Below, piece by piece: positions 37,111-46,429 of a stretch of 64,000 nt of DNA. Position 1 is the first letter of the stretch. Each line of letters opens with the position of its first letter. The notes below the pieces were generated by a model. It was not told the DNA's origin, ran no database searches, and worked only from the letters and a program-made list of their open reading frames with translations. Made by a program: the position numbers and the translations under genes. Where the stretch lies: positions 124,001 through 188,000 of the IMG/VR virus record IMGVR_UViG_3300025030_000041, one strand, 5' to 3'.

Positions 37111-37283
37111 TCATTGGAGCGTTGGCAAAAAATAATGTTTAAAAAATATTGCGGCTAACTATTATATATATACAAGTATGCTTAATATATTGAATATGAA
37201 TACTAAATTCGATTGCATTATCAGACAATTTAAAAAAACTCAGATAACCCCTTAATACACATCAAATAAAACAATTTAAACTT

Positions 37284-37484
37284 ATGAAAATTGAAAAAAT
37301 AAAATGTGAAAGATGTGGTGAAATACTAAATCCTAAAACTACTAAATGGCTTGAACTTTCACAAACTGATGGCAATTATTATGACGCCATACCTATTGGT
37401 CATATATCACAAGGAGGATTTAGTTTCGGAACTACATGTGCAATTATACAACTTAAAGAAACTATAAAATGTTTAAAAAATTAA
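37284..37484 (+). CDS. small Zn-binding-like protein
   Basis: CERCGE...W.EL...C. Confidence 0.55.
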   Translation: MKIEKIKCERCGEILNPKTTKWLELSQTDGNYYDAIPIGHISQGGFSFGTTCAIIQLKETIKCLKN

Positions 37485-37693
37485 GTCAAGACCAAATTAA
37501 TGAAGTCTTAAATCATGCAAAAGATATGATAAGACAACACCCAGAATACAGATGGGGCCAATCTGTATTTAATTCACTATGCCAGTTTTACCCAGACACA
37601 GCTAATGCAATCCGCACAACTGAAAATGATCCGTATTATAATGATGGTATAGTTGACCAGTGTATTAATTTTATAAAAGAAAAAGAGGATTAA
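37469..37693 (+). CDS. small phage protein
   Basis: YRWGQSVFN...DPYY motif. Confidence 0.6.
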   Translation: MFKKLSQDQINEVLNHAKDMIRQHPEYRWGQSVFNSLCQFYPDTANAIRTTENDPYYNDGIVDQCINFIKEKED

Positions 37694-37716
37694 AAATTTA
37701 ATTTTAATCCTCTTTT
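37681..37716. terminator. bidirectional intrinsic terminator between convergent genes
   Basis: AAAAGAGGATTAAAA-ATTTAA-TTTTAATCCTCTTTT. Confidence 0.75.
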
Positions 37717-37735
37717 CTTATTTTAAATTATTAAT

Positions 37736-40564
37736 TTAAAAGCTTGGAATAAACCCTGTTGACGAACTTGATAGTTGGCCATTAGCTCTAGTAATAGTGA
37801 TTCTATTAACTATTTTATGTAGAGCTCTAGTAAAGTTTACACTAATATCTATTATACCAGTATTAGTTTCAATTACTTCAGACGTATTATTTGAAGCATC
37901 CATTATTACTTCAAATGAAGTTAATCCTCCTGCAGCTTTAACCGCTTCTAAATAGTTTTCTACAATTGTTCTTATTCTTAATCTTGTAATTTCATCATTA
38001 AAATCAAATAAGAAGTTGAATAATATTCTTTCAATATCATTTTCAATTGTAATTAAGCTATCTCTAACATGTAGGTTATTTAATGCAGATTGGATTTTTT
38101 GGTATCCTGTGTTATTACTCATTAACATAATACCAAATCCTCTTTTTCTTGTAATTAGATTAAATCCTATAGGTTCAAGATAGTCTCTATCAGTTTTAGT
38201 TAATTCATATTCTATACCAATTACTTCCGAATCGCTTATTATACCTCTTTTTGCGGCTGTTGCAGTAAATGGATTTCCTCCAGTAAATTTACGCATAAAC
38301 AAATTCGCTACATACATAGCTGGAGGTATTAACTTATTTTGTCCAGCCTCTCTTATGATTAACCACGGCATACAATATGCGGCAAACGTAGACATATTAA
38401 TACCACCAATTTGCTCATCTACTAAGTTAAAAGTAAACGAAGGGTTTAATGATAAATCTCCGCCTTGTGATATATATTGTGAACTTACTAATCCCGTTGT
38501 TGAATCAATAAAAGATGGGTCATTTGATTTTTCAAATTGTTCAAATGATGGAGCATTCACAAATGCAATCATTCGTTGATGCATTGCTGCAAGTTTAATT
38601 AAAGGATTTTTACTTGCTCCACTTATATCGCCTGACCAACAATCAATTAAATATCTAACATTAACGATTTCTCGTTCCGCAAGAGTAGATGGAATATTAG
38701 TACTATCAAATAAGTAATTTAGAATAGTATTTTGATTAATTCCATTAGCCAAATGCCTATTAATATCTAATTTAAATTCTTTAAGAGTTTGTCCTTTAAT
38801 TTCAGTAATAAATGTATCAACTCCTTTAATTGAAGTAACTGATACTGGACTTCCATTTACTAAAATTTCATCTTTACATTTTACAGTTAAATATGTAGTA
38901 GTAACTAAAGGAGATCCACTATCAACTTTAGTTTCTTTAACTGATAAAATTCTAGTAAGTCGAGGTCTTCCTTCAGATACTGACGCTCTTAAAAATTGTC
39001 CAGGTTTTAAAAATTCTGAAGTATTAGTTGAGTTATCATATGTTGTAGTATTACCTTGTACTATTTTTTTAACAATAACAACTTCAGTTGGACTAACTTG
39101 AGAATCAACATTAAAATCTAAAGAAAATTCAGTTTGAGATGTATTAAATTCTATAACTGTATCTGGCCCGGATGTATATGTTAATATATCGCTTTGATTT
39201 AATAAAGTTATATCGTCATATGCTTTAATTGTAATATATTTTAAATTACCATTTCCAGTATCTACAAATGATCCTTCAACTTTAATATATTTAACAGTTG
39301 GTGAAGGAAGATTATCAGTATTTATATCACCCGTTTTAATAAATCCATCAAAATATGATTTATAAAGGGGAGTTCCTTCATATGCTCGTACTACTTTAGT
39401 AGTTCCACTTACATATGCGGTGTTACTAGTAATAGTACCAGGAACTGTATTTGTTCCATCAGCATCATCTTGATATAATAAAATACTAGATACTGGCTTT
39501 TTATAAGAAATAACATCTATTAATTTAGTACCGTAATCATCAGCATCTTTAGTTAATTCAGAATATCCATGACCAATTAAATCTAACCTATGTGACTCAA
39601 TACTTAAATCTGTAAAAGTATCATTAGTTAAATCAATTAGCTCAGTTTTTTCTGTATCTATTGCACAAAGCACTTCAGTTATAGGAAATAAATTATTAAC
39701 TAATCTTGAAATATCAATTATTCTACCTCCTCTATCTTTAAAATCAGGAATCATACACCCTTGAGTTCTTCCAAGAACTTTTATTTCTTTAAGTTGTAAA
39801 AACTCATTAATTAAAGACTTTTTAAGTCCTTCTGCTGTAAAATATTTACCAAATACTGCGTCTTTAGATAAAGATATATAGTCATTATAAGTACCTTCTA
39901 TTATAAGAACATCAACAAAATAATCACTTATATAATCTTTAGGATGTATAAAAGATGGAACTGGAATTTGGTCAGCTAATGAGCCATACCACTCTTGAAC
40001 AGTTATGTCATACCCTAAAATTTCAGCTTTTTTAGTAAAAATAGTAACAGGTTTTTTACCTAAATTAGAGAATGATAATATTTTGTTTACCTCAGATGTT
40101 CCAGTTAAGCCAGACGCATTATTTTTAACCTTAGTAAGTTGTTTATCACTTGCAAACCAAAGTTTTTGTGTATTGAAAAATTTAGAGTATCCATCTTGAG
40201 CTGGTAAACTTATAGTATTTCCAGTAGATACTTCAGTATTAAATGTAGTAAAATACGCCTTATCTAGTGTATCATCAATAGGGCCAACGTTCATTACATA
40301 TACTGGGCCTTCTTTAAGAGCTATCTCAATTGCTCTATGAAAAAAACATCCTCTATTTTCTAAATAAGGATCTTTATCACCAAAAACTGAATTTCTAGTT
40401 CTTAAATCTGGTATAAATACTATACTATTAATTGGGCCTTTGCGGCTATTTCCAATTATTAATCTGCCAGTAGTAATAGGCAAAGAAATATTAGAACTTT
40501 GGTCTATTTCGATTTGGTATACACCAGATGATTTAAATTGTTGTAAATTTAATGTTTCAGCCAT
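37736..40564 (-). CDS. contractile tail sheath protein (T4 gp18-like)
   Basis: FKSSGVYQIEIDQS, GNSRKGP, PPAMYVANLF, AAKRGII, SALNNLHVRD.L, LFNFLFDFNDEITR, DASNNT.EVI sheath motifs. Confidence 0.92.
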   Translation of the reverse strand: MAETLNLQQFKSSGVYQIEIDQSSNISLPITTGRLIIGNSRKGPINSIVFIPDLRTRNSVFGDKDPYLENRGCFFHRAIEIALKEGPVYVMNVGPIDDTLDKAYFTTFNTEVSTGNTISLPAQDGYSKFFNTQKLWFASDKQLTKVKNNASGLTGTSEVNKILSFSNLGKKPVTIFTKKAEILGYDITVQEWYGSLADQIPVPSFIHPKDYISDYFVDVLIIEGTYNDYISLSKDAVFGKYFTAEGLKKSLINEFLQLKEIKVLGRTQGCMIPDFKDRGGRIIDISRLVNNLFPITEVLCAIDTEKTELIDLTNDTFTDLSIESHRLDLIGHGYSELTKDADDYGTKLIDVISYKKPVSSILLYQDDADGTNTVPGTITSNTAYVSGTTKVVRAYEGTPLYKSYFDGFIKTGDINTDNLPSPTVKYIKVEGSFVDTGNGNLKYITIKAYDDITLLNQSDILTYTSGPDTVIEFNTSQTEFSLDFNVDSQVSPTEVVIVKKIVQGNTTTYDNSTNTSEFLKPGQFLRASVSEGRPRLTRILSVKETKVDSGSPLVTTTYLTVKCKDEILVNGSPVSVTSIKGVDTFITEIKGQTLKEFKLDINRHLANGINQNTILNYLFDSTNIPSTLAEREIVNVRYLIDCWSGDISGASKNPLIKLAAMHQRMIAFVNAPSFEQFEKSNDPSFIDSTTGLVSSQYISQGGDLSLNPSFTFNLVDEQIGGINMSTFAAYCMPWLIIREAGQNKLIPPAMYVANLFMRKFTGGNPFTATAAKRGIISDSEVIGIEYELTKTDRDYLEPIGFNLITRKRGFGIMLMSNNTGYQKIQSALNNLHVRDSLITIENDIERILFNFLFDFNDEITRLRIRTIVENYLEAVKAAGGLTSFEVIMDASNNTSEVIETNTGIIDISVNFTRALHKIVNRITITRANGQLSSSSTGFIPSF

Positions 40565-40647
40565 TTCTTAAAATTTATTTTTATATTTTTATTTATTTAA
40601 AAAATAATGCAAAAAAAAATAAAATGACAGAAAAATAAATTATTATT

Positions 40648-41094
40648 TTAAGTATAGACATCACCTTTTACATCAATTAATTTTCGTACTTCTTCTTCTG
40701 TAAATTTCTTCTTATTATTATTACTAAAAAAATTTCCATTAACTATTTTAGGAGCGCCTTCTAGACTAATTAAGTTATTATAAGAACAACTAAAATATCC
40801 AACTACTTCTTCTATATTTAGCTCTCTTAAATCGTTTATTTCCTTTATTTTAGCATTACCTATTAAAACCGTAATATTCTTAAAATCTTTCATATTATCT
40901 TTAGTTATAATAAAAGTGTCATTAATGGGTTTCACTACAAATATTTGTTCTTTGGTATAACCTTTATTAAGGTAAGGAAGTAATAAGTCATCCCATCTTT
41001 CTTTAAGCCTCCTAGGTATAAATATATCTTTAGCGCTAAGCTTAGGAGTTTCTTCTTCGGATATAAATTGTTCAAATAGTTTTATGTGTTTCAT
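40648..41094 (-). CDS. capsid-targeted LRR protein, paralogue 8 (1 repeat)
   Basis: minimal member with intact N- and C-caps. Confidence 0.85.
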   Translation of the reverse strand: MKHIKLFEQFISEEETPKLSAKDIFIPRRLKERWDDLLLPYLNKGYTKEQIFVVKPINDTFIITKDNMKDFKNITVLIGNAKIKEINDLRELNIEEVVGYFSCSYNNLISLEGAPKIVNGNFFSNNNKKKFTEEEVRKLIDVKGDVYT

Positions 41095-43191
41095 TTATCT
41101 AATCCTGTCAGTTCTAAAAGTTAAATTTTGTATAGTACTATCTATACAAATTATATCAAAAATTGGTTTATATAAAAATAAGGTAGAACCTGCGAAGTCT
41201 GCATCACTAAATATGTCTATTACGTCTATGTAGTTATTTGTAGAATTTGTTAATAATTTAATACTAAACGTGTTTGGAACAATTTCATCATTAAAAATTA
41301 GTCTAAATACTTGGCCGTTTTTCCATTTATTTTTAGAATCGTCTATTATAATTTCAACATCTCCATTTAATACTATTCTAGTACCAGAGTTAACATGTCT
41401 TAAGTAGTTAGTAAATTGTTTTAATTCTATTGTTGTTACATTTATAATATTTACTTCTGGAGAATTTGATAAATTATAATTTTGTACAGTATTAGTTATT
41501 CCAATTTTATTCGGAACATTTTTATCAATTGAAATTCCATCACCGTTTTTTATTGCGTCTATATTATACGAAACTTGGATAGACGTTTTATTATTATAAA
41601 TATTACTAATTTCATCATAATTTTTATTAATTAAACTCATTATAGTTTCGGTATTATCAAATAATGCTTGGTTTGAATTTAATGAATCCTCTATTGTTTT
41701 AAGTCTAGTATCTATTGAAGTAGTCACAGCAGAATCTATTATTAATGATTTTAAATCTGTAATTTCATTTTTTATATTAACAATTTCACTAATATTATCT
41801 CCATAAATTCTAGTTAAATCTTTAAATTGAGTAAGAACATCAGTGTAAAGGTCTAATGAAAATGTAGAATAATCATTAATACTTTTTTCTATAAATACAG
41901 TATCAATAGATGTATCAAATTTAAAATTAGCTTTAAATGCATATGATGTTCCATTAGTATTATTAATAGGGTCTGGCCGATATTTCATTAAAGTTGGAAT
42001 TTTAAAATTAATTCCAGATTGTTCAGGTTTATTTAAAAATAAAATACCATATAAATTAGTAGAAGTATCAGCTGGATTATTTTGATCAAATACATCATAA
42101 TATATTAATACAGCATTAAATTCAAAAGATTTACTTCCAGCGTCATCAGCTAATTGGCTTAAAGATTTAATTGATAAATTTTGTGAAGCTAATGTATAAT
42201 CATTTAATGTAAAATCCAAAGATATACCGTCTAAAGTAGACCTCTTATATTCTACCGTAGTAGATCCTTTTATTTTTCTTATTTTTTCAGTTAATGCACT
42301 ATGAAAATTAGTTATGGAATCAGTAAAATATGAATTATTAGTTTGATTTGGTGAATGCCAATATCTTTCTTCCCATTGAGATAACTGGTAATTATATATT
42401 TCTTGTGTTACACTTCTATCATCAATATCAAAAAATGATTTAATAGATAATCCGTATGGATGAGTATCAAAATAATTTCTTCCAACTAAATATTCAGTAT
42501 TTAATGGATTATCAGGAATATTAGTTAAATTCATTCCAGGTGCATAATTCTCGTCTTCTACTGAATCAAATAATACATAAGGCGTATTACCAACGGAGGT
42601 AGGAGTATGAATATATACCTCAGTATACGCATTTTTAGAATGTTTAACACTATTAACAACATCTATATCTGCAATATATCGTACAACTTTTTTATAATTT
42701 GATGGAGTATTAGTATTACTTAATAGGTGTTCATCTTCTTCAACAAATAAATCTTTAACATTTGTAATTGAATTTTCAAATGGAGTAGCTTTTCTAAATC
42801 GCATAACCCCTAATTCTTTAAGCCATTTCCAAAATACTCTTTCACTTACATTTCTTTTTAATTCTCTATTATAAGCACTCCTACTTGTAATTAAACTTTC
42901 TAAGTTTAAACAATAATTTTGAAATGACTCACTTAAATTAATAGATTGGTCAGTATTTACTCCTTCTATTAATGGGGTTTCTCCTAATACATTAAATTGT
43001 AAAAAATTTTGGTTAGTTTCAGCGTCATTTATTTTACCTATTTCTGGGATACGTAATAATGCAAATTTGCTAAATACAAACTTATTTCCTGTATTATTTG
43101 CAGTAGTCGTTAAGTCTTCAATTGAAGACGGAAATGAATAAAAAATACCCTCGCTGCTTTTTATTGGTTTTATAAATGGAGTTGTTGCCAT
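41095..43191 (-). CDS. large putative virion structural protein
   Basis: 698 aa beside sheath gene; FVFSKFALLRIP, ERVFWKWLKE, AYTEVYIH motifs; coiled-coil segment. Confidence 0.55.
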   Translation of the reverse strand: MATTPFIKPIKSSEGIFYSFPSSIEDLTTTANNTGNKFVFSKFALLRIPEIGKINDAETNQNFLQFNVLGETPLIEGVNTDQSINLSESFQNYCLNLESLITSRSAYNRELKRNVSERVFWKWLKELGVMRFRKATPFENSITNVKDLFVEEDEHLLSNTNTPSNYKKVVRYIADIDVVNSVKHSKNAYTEVYIHTPTSVGNTPYVLFDSVEDENYAPGMNLTNIPDNPLNTEYLVGRNYFDTHPYGLSIKSFFDIDDRSVTQEIYNYQLSQWEERYWHSPNQTNNSYFTDSITNFHSALTEKIRKIKGSTTVEYKRSTLDGISLDFTLNDYTLASQNLSIKSLSQLADDAGSKSFEFNAVLIYYDVFDQNNPADTSTNLYGILFLNKPEQSGINFKIPTLMKYRPDPINNTNGTSYAFKANFKFDTSIDTVFIEKSINDYSTFSLDLYTDVLTQFKDLTRIYGDNISEIVNIKNEITDLKSLIIDSAVTTSIDTRLKTIEDSLNSNQALFDNTETIMSLINKNYDEISNIYNNKTSIQVSYNIDAIKNGDGISIDKNVPNKIGITNTVQNYNLSNSPEVNIINVTTIELKQFTNYLRHVNSGTRIVLNGDVEIIIDDSKNKWKNGQVFRLIFNDEIVPNTFSIKLLTNSTNNYIDVIDIFSDADFAGSTLFLYKPIFDIICIDSTIQNLTFRTDRIR

Positions 43192-43233
43192 TATTTAATA
43201 TTTTTTTAAGATAATTAGAGCTATATGTAGGTA

Positions 43234-43749
43234 TTAATAATTAATAATTCCAGCTTTAGTATCAATTGCATGTTTTATTTCTTTTTGTAAAAACTTTTTG
43301 CCTCTATTTTGGGATATGATAACATCATCTGTAACTAATTTAGGAGCTCCTTCTAGACTAGTTAATGCATTAAAAGTACTAATGAATCTGCCATTTACTA
43401 TTTTAGGACTACCTTTACGATTAGTTAAATTATTGCTAGAACAATTAAAATCTCCAAGCACCTCATCTATATCTATATCCCATTTATTCATATCGCCGTT
43501 TATATAAACTAAACCAACTATAATTTTAATATCTTTAAAATCTTTTACATTATTATCATTTATAATAACTTCATCTCTAAGAGATTTAGCAACTACTATT
43601 TGTTCTTTTGTATAACCTTTATTAAGGTAAGGGATAAGAAGGTCATCCCATCTTTCTTTAAGTCTTCTAGGTATAAATATATTTTTACGACTAAGTTTAG
43701 GTATGTCTTCTTCAGATATAAACTGTTCAAATAATTTAATACGTCTCAT
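43234..43749 (-). CDS. capsid-targeted LRR protein, paralogue 9 (2 repeats, divergent)
   Basis: MRRIKLFEQFISEE plus family core. Confidence 0.8.
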   Translation of the reverse strand: MRRIKLFEQFISEEDIPKLSRKNIFIPRRLKERWDDLLIPYLNKGYTKEQIVVAKSLRDEVIINDNNVKDFKDIKIIVGLVYINGDMNKWDIDIDEVLGDFNCSSNNLTNRKGSPKIVNGRFISTFNALTSLEGAPKLVTDDVIISQNRGKKFLQKEIKHAIDTKAGIINY

Positions 43750-43798
43750 TATTTTTATTTATATAAAAATTAAAAAAAAATATGATTTGCTCCTTGAA

Positions 43799-44296
43799 TT
43801 AAAAATTAAAATCTTTTGCAATTTTAGTTATATTGTTATCTAATTCAGTTAGGTCACACTCTTTAGATTTTAATATATAAAAATCCAAATTAAAAAATTG
43901 TAATGGCTTATGTGTATACTTTAAAGATGACCTGTATTTTTTAACAATTTTATAACAAAACCTATCATAAAAAAGTCTTCTAGTTTTAGATTCGTCTAAT
44001 GCACAAAAAATAAAAGACTCTGGCTGTATTTCTTCTATAAATTGAATGGCTGCTGAATCGATAGTAGGAATAGATAAAAAAGCTTTTTTAGGATCATTTA
44101 ACAACTTAAATTCTCCATTTGCTTTAAACTTAAATAACCAGTGGTTTTGTAAAGTTGAATAGTTTGTGATAGCTATATCATATTTAATATCATCTATTTT
44201 AAATACTCCTATCCATTCGCTTTGCGATTTATTCCAATTTATTAATAACGGATTTTTTAATCCTTCTATAATAAATTTTTGAAAATTTTTAAACAT
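43799..44296 (-). CDS. capsid-targeted protein (intact relative of pseudogene at 2232/3897)
   Basis: MFKNFQKFIIE; RRLFYDRF motif. Confidence 0.65.
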   Translation of the reverse strand: MFKNFQKFIIEGLKNPLLINWNKSQSEWIGVFKIDDIKYDIAITNYSTLQNHWLFKFKANGEFKLLNDPKKAFLSIPTIDSAAIQFIEEIQPESFIFCALDESKTRRLFYDRFCYKIVKKYRSSLKYTHKPLQFFNLDFYILKSKECDLTELDNNITKIAKDFNF

Positions 44297-44993
44297 AAAC
44301 TTCTCCTTTTATATCAATAACATGTCTTACTTCTTTTTCTGTAAATTTCTTTAAATTATTGCTTATATTAAAATCTCCTCTTATTATAGAGGGTGTCCCT
44401 TCAAGGCTAGTTAATCTATTATAAGAACAATCAAAAAAGCCATTAACTATAACGGGACCACCATCTAAACTAGTTAAGATATTATTAGAACAATTAAAGT
44501 TACCTCCTATTGTGGAAAGGCATCCTTCAAGACTAGTTAACTTATTATTAGAGCATGAGAAATTTCCATTAACTGATACAGGACTTCCTTCTAAACTAGT
44601 TAAGTTATTATTAGAACAACTAAAATACCCATTAACTATAGTAGGACCGCCTTCTAAACTAGTTAGTTTATTTAACTTATTTAAGTAACAATCAAAATTT
44701 CCTGATATTTCATCTACCCTTAATACTCTCAAATCATTTATTCCTCGTATTATAGCATTACCTATTATAACTTTAATATTCTTAAAGTCTTTTATATTAT
44801 TTTTAGTTATACTAATAACTTCATTAAAGGGTTTAGTTACAAATATTTGGTCTTTTGTATAACCTTTATTTAGATATGGAATACACAAAGAATCTCGTCT
44901 TTCTTTAAGTGGTATAAATATATCTTTGACACTATAATTATGATTCTTAAATTTATTAGATGCATTACAGTCTAATAGACTATGATATTTCAT
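44289..44993 (-). CDS. LRR protein, paralogue 10 (5 repeats; targeting peptide replaced)
   Basis: family core from KDIFIP onward, unrelated first ~20 aa. Confidence 0.8.
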   Translation of the reverse strand: MKYHSLLDCNASNKFKNHNYSVKDIFIPLKERRDSLCIPYLNKGYTKDQIFVTKPFNEVISITKNNIKDFKNIKVIIGNAIIRGINDLRVLRVDEISGNFDCYLNKLNKLTSLEGGPTIVNGYFSCSNNNLTSLEGSPVSVNGNFSCSNNKLTSLEGCLSTIGGNFNCSNNILTSLDGGPVIVNGFFDCSYNRLTSLEGTPSIIRGDFNISNNLKKFTEKEVRHVIDIKGEVYV

Positions 44994-44995
44994 TT

Positions 44996-46429
44996 TTATA
45001 AAGTATCTACTGTTAATTTAATTAAGTCAGCCATAGATTTAAATGGTTGTTTACTATTTATTACTTTCTTTAGTGCATCTTCTACTAATTTTTCGTCGAA
45101 CCCAGCTTTAATTAATTTAGTTTTAGCTTTACTTAAAATCTCCGAGTCTTTTATATTTTTTGCTTTATTTACTTCAGGTTTATTTACAGCGTCTTTAATT
45201 GTAAAAGTTACAAAATTTTCTACAGTTTCTTCTGCTTGTTTAGTAACTTTCTCTAATTCTTTCTTTTTAGTTTCATCTTCTTTTTGTTTTAGTTGAGTTT
45301 CTAATTTAAAAATAAGTTCTTTTTGTTTTTTTAATTCTTCTACATATTTAGAAGTATCAGTTGGTTTAACAACAGTATTTAATTTATTAATATCAGTATT
45401 TAAATTTTGTTCTTCCTCTTTTAATCTCTTATTTAAACCGGATATTTCGACTTGAATTTTTTCTTTTTCTTTTTTAGTAATATTGGCACTATTAATAATA
45501 TTTTCTTTTTGCCTAATAGATTTTTTAATAATTATAATATTTTTATTAGTTATATCAATCTGTTCTTTTAAATCATTAATACTAGCCCGAGGAGCTTCTT
45601 CTTTTTTTTCGGTAGGCACTTCTTTTTTTTCAGTAGGCCCTTCTTTTTTCTCAATAGGTATTTCTAATTTCGAAATACTTTCTGTAGCTTGCTTATTACT
45701 TTCAATAAATTCATTTTTAAATTTTTCTAAGTCTTTAAATAATGGGTCTTTACTAATATCTTCTGATGGAATTAAAGCCTGCCTAACATCTGCTTCTAAA
45801 TTAGTCAAAGCAACTTTAATAAGATTAAACCGGTTCAATAATATATCTTTGATTGCCACTAACTCTTTAACTCTTTTCGGTTTATCATGGTATTTTTCTG
45901 CTAACTTTTTTAAATCATTTACGAAATTATCAAATTTATTTTCTATAAATTCTATATTAGATGTTTTAGCTTTTCGCAAAGCTTCCTTTGCATTTTTAGT
46001 TCTTTCATATAATATTTCAGTTCTTGTTTTCAATTCGTCATACTCAGGCAATCCTCGCTGCTGAGATTTTTTCAATTGCTTTAATGCAATTGTTCCTTTG
46101 TAATATTCCTCTTCTAACATTAATTCTCTAAATAATAAAGTTAAATACGTTTTTAATAATTTACTAGAACTAATAGTAGAATCACCTAACACAGCGTCAG
46201 CTATATCTCTTACAGATTGACCTTTAAATTTTCTAAATTTCTTAAATCTTAAATCTTTAGCATCTATACTTTCTTCTAAAGAATCTAACCCTACTATATC
46301 TTCACCTTCTTTTTTTATTTTTAAAGACTCTTTATCAAATTTAGCCTTAGTAAATAACCCATGTATAAAACTAAATAACCCCTCGTTAATACTATTTTCT
46401 TGCATTTTATTTTTTTTATTTTTAAGCAA
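44996..46429 (-). CDS. Lys/Glu-rich coiled-coil protein, putative internal head protein
   Basis: SINE|GLFSFI possible processing site; long heptad stretches. Confidence 0.5.
   Translation of the reverse strand: MLKNKKNKMQENSINEGLFSFIHGLFTKAKFDKESLKIKKEGEDIVGLDSLEESIDAKDLRFKKFRKFKGQSVRDIADAVLGDSTISSSKLLKTYLTLLFRELMLEEEYYKGTIALKQLKKSQQRGLPEYDELKTRTEILYERTKNAKEALRKAKTSNIEFIENKFDNFVNDLKKLAEKYHDKPKRVKELVAIKDILLNRFNLIKVALTNLEADVRQALIPSEDISKDPLFKDLEKFKNEFIESNKQATESISKLEIPIEKKEGPTEKKEVPTEKKEEAPRASINDLKEQIDITNKNIIIIKKSIRQKENIINSANITKKEKEKIQVEISGLNKRLKEEEQNLNTDINKLNTVVKPTDTSKYVEELKKQKELIFKLETQLKQKEDETKKKELEKVTKQAEETVENFVTFTIKDAVNKPEVNKAKNIKDSEILSKAKTKLIKAGFDEKLVEDALKKVINSKQPFKSMADLIKLTVDTL

Larger units (their letters stand above)
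32075..37159 (+). mobile_element. integron-like gene cassette array 1 (12 complete attC-like hairpins, 12 complete modules)
   Basis: alternating TAAY...TGTTA hairpins and GTTA...ATK-N5-TAAY modules with complementary ends; small unrelated ORFs all on + strand. Confidence 0.85.

Noticed and set aside
32075-37159. CRISPR array
   Set aside because: Repeats are non-identical palindromes of variable length separated by whole genes, not constant repeats with 30-40 bp spacers; no cas genes apart from a transposon-type TnpB.
30417-37736. Integron integrase or attI next to the array
   Set aside because: No ORF with tyrosine recombinase R-H-x-x-R-H-Y motifs in the window; flanking genes are a helicase and two small ORFs.
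45483-46064. 193-aa hydrophobic + strand ORF, and similar antisense ORFs such as 6770, 13964, 47524, 52491 and 59434
   Set aside because: Antisense shadows of Lys/Glu-rich or otherwise well-supported genes; the hydrophobicity follows from complementing A-rich codons.
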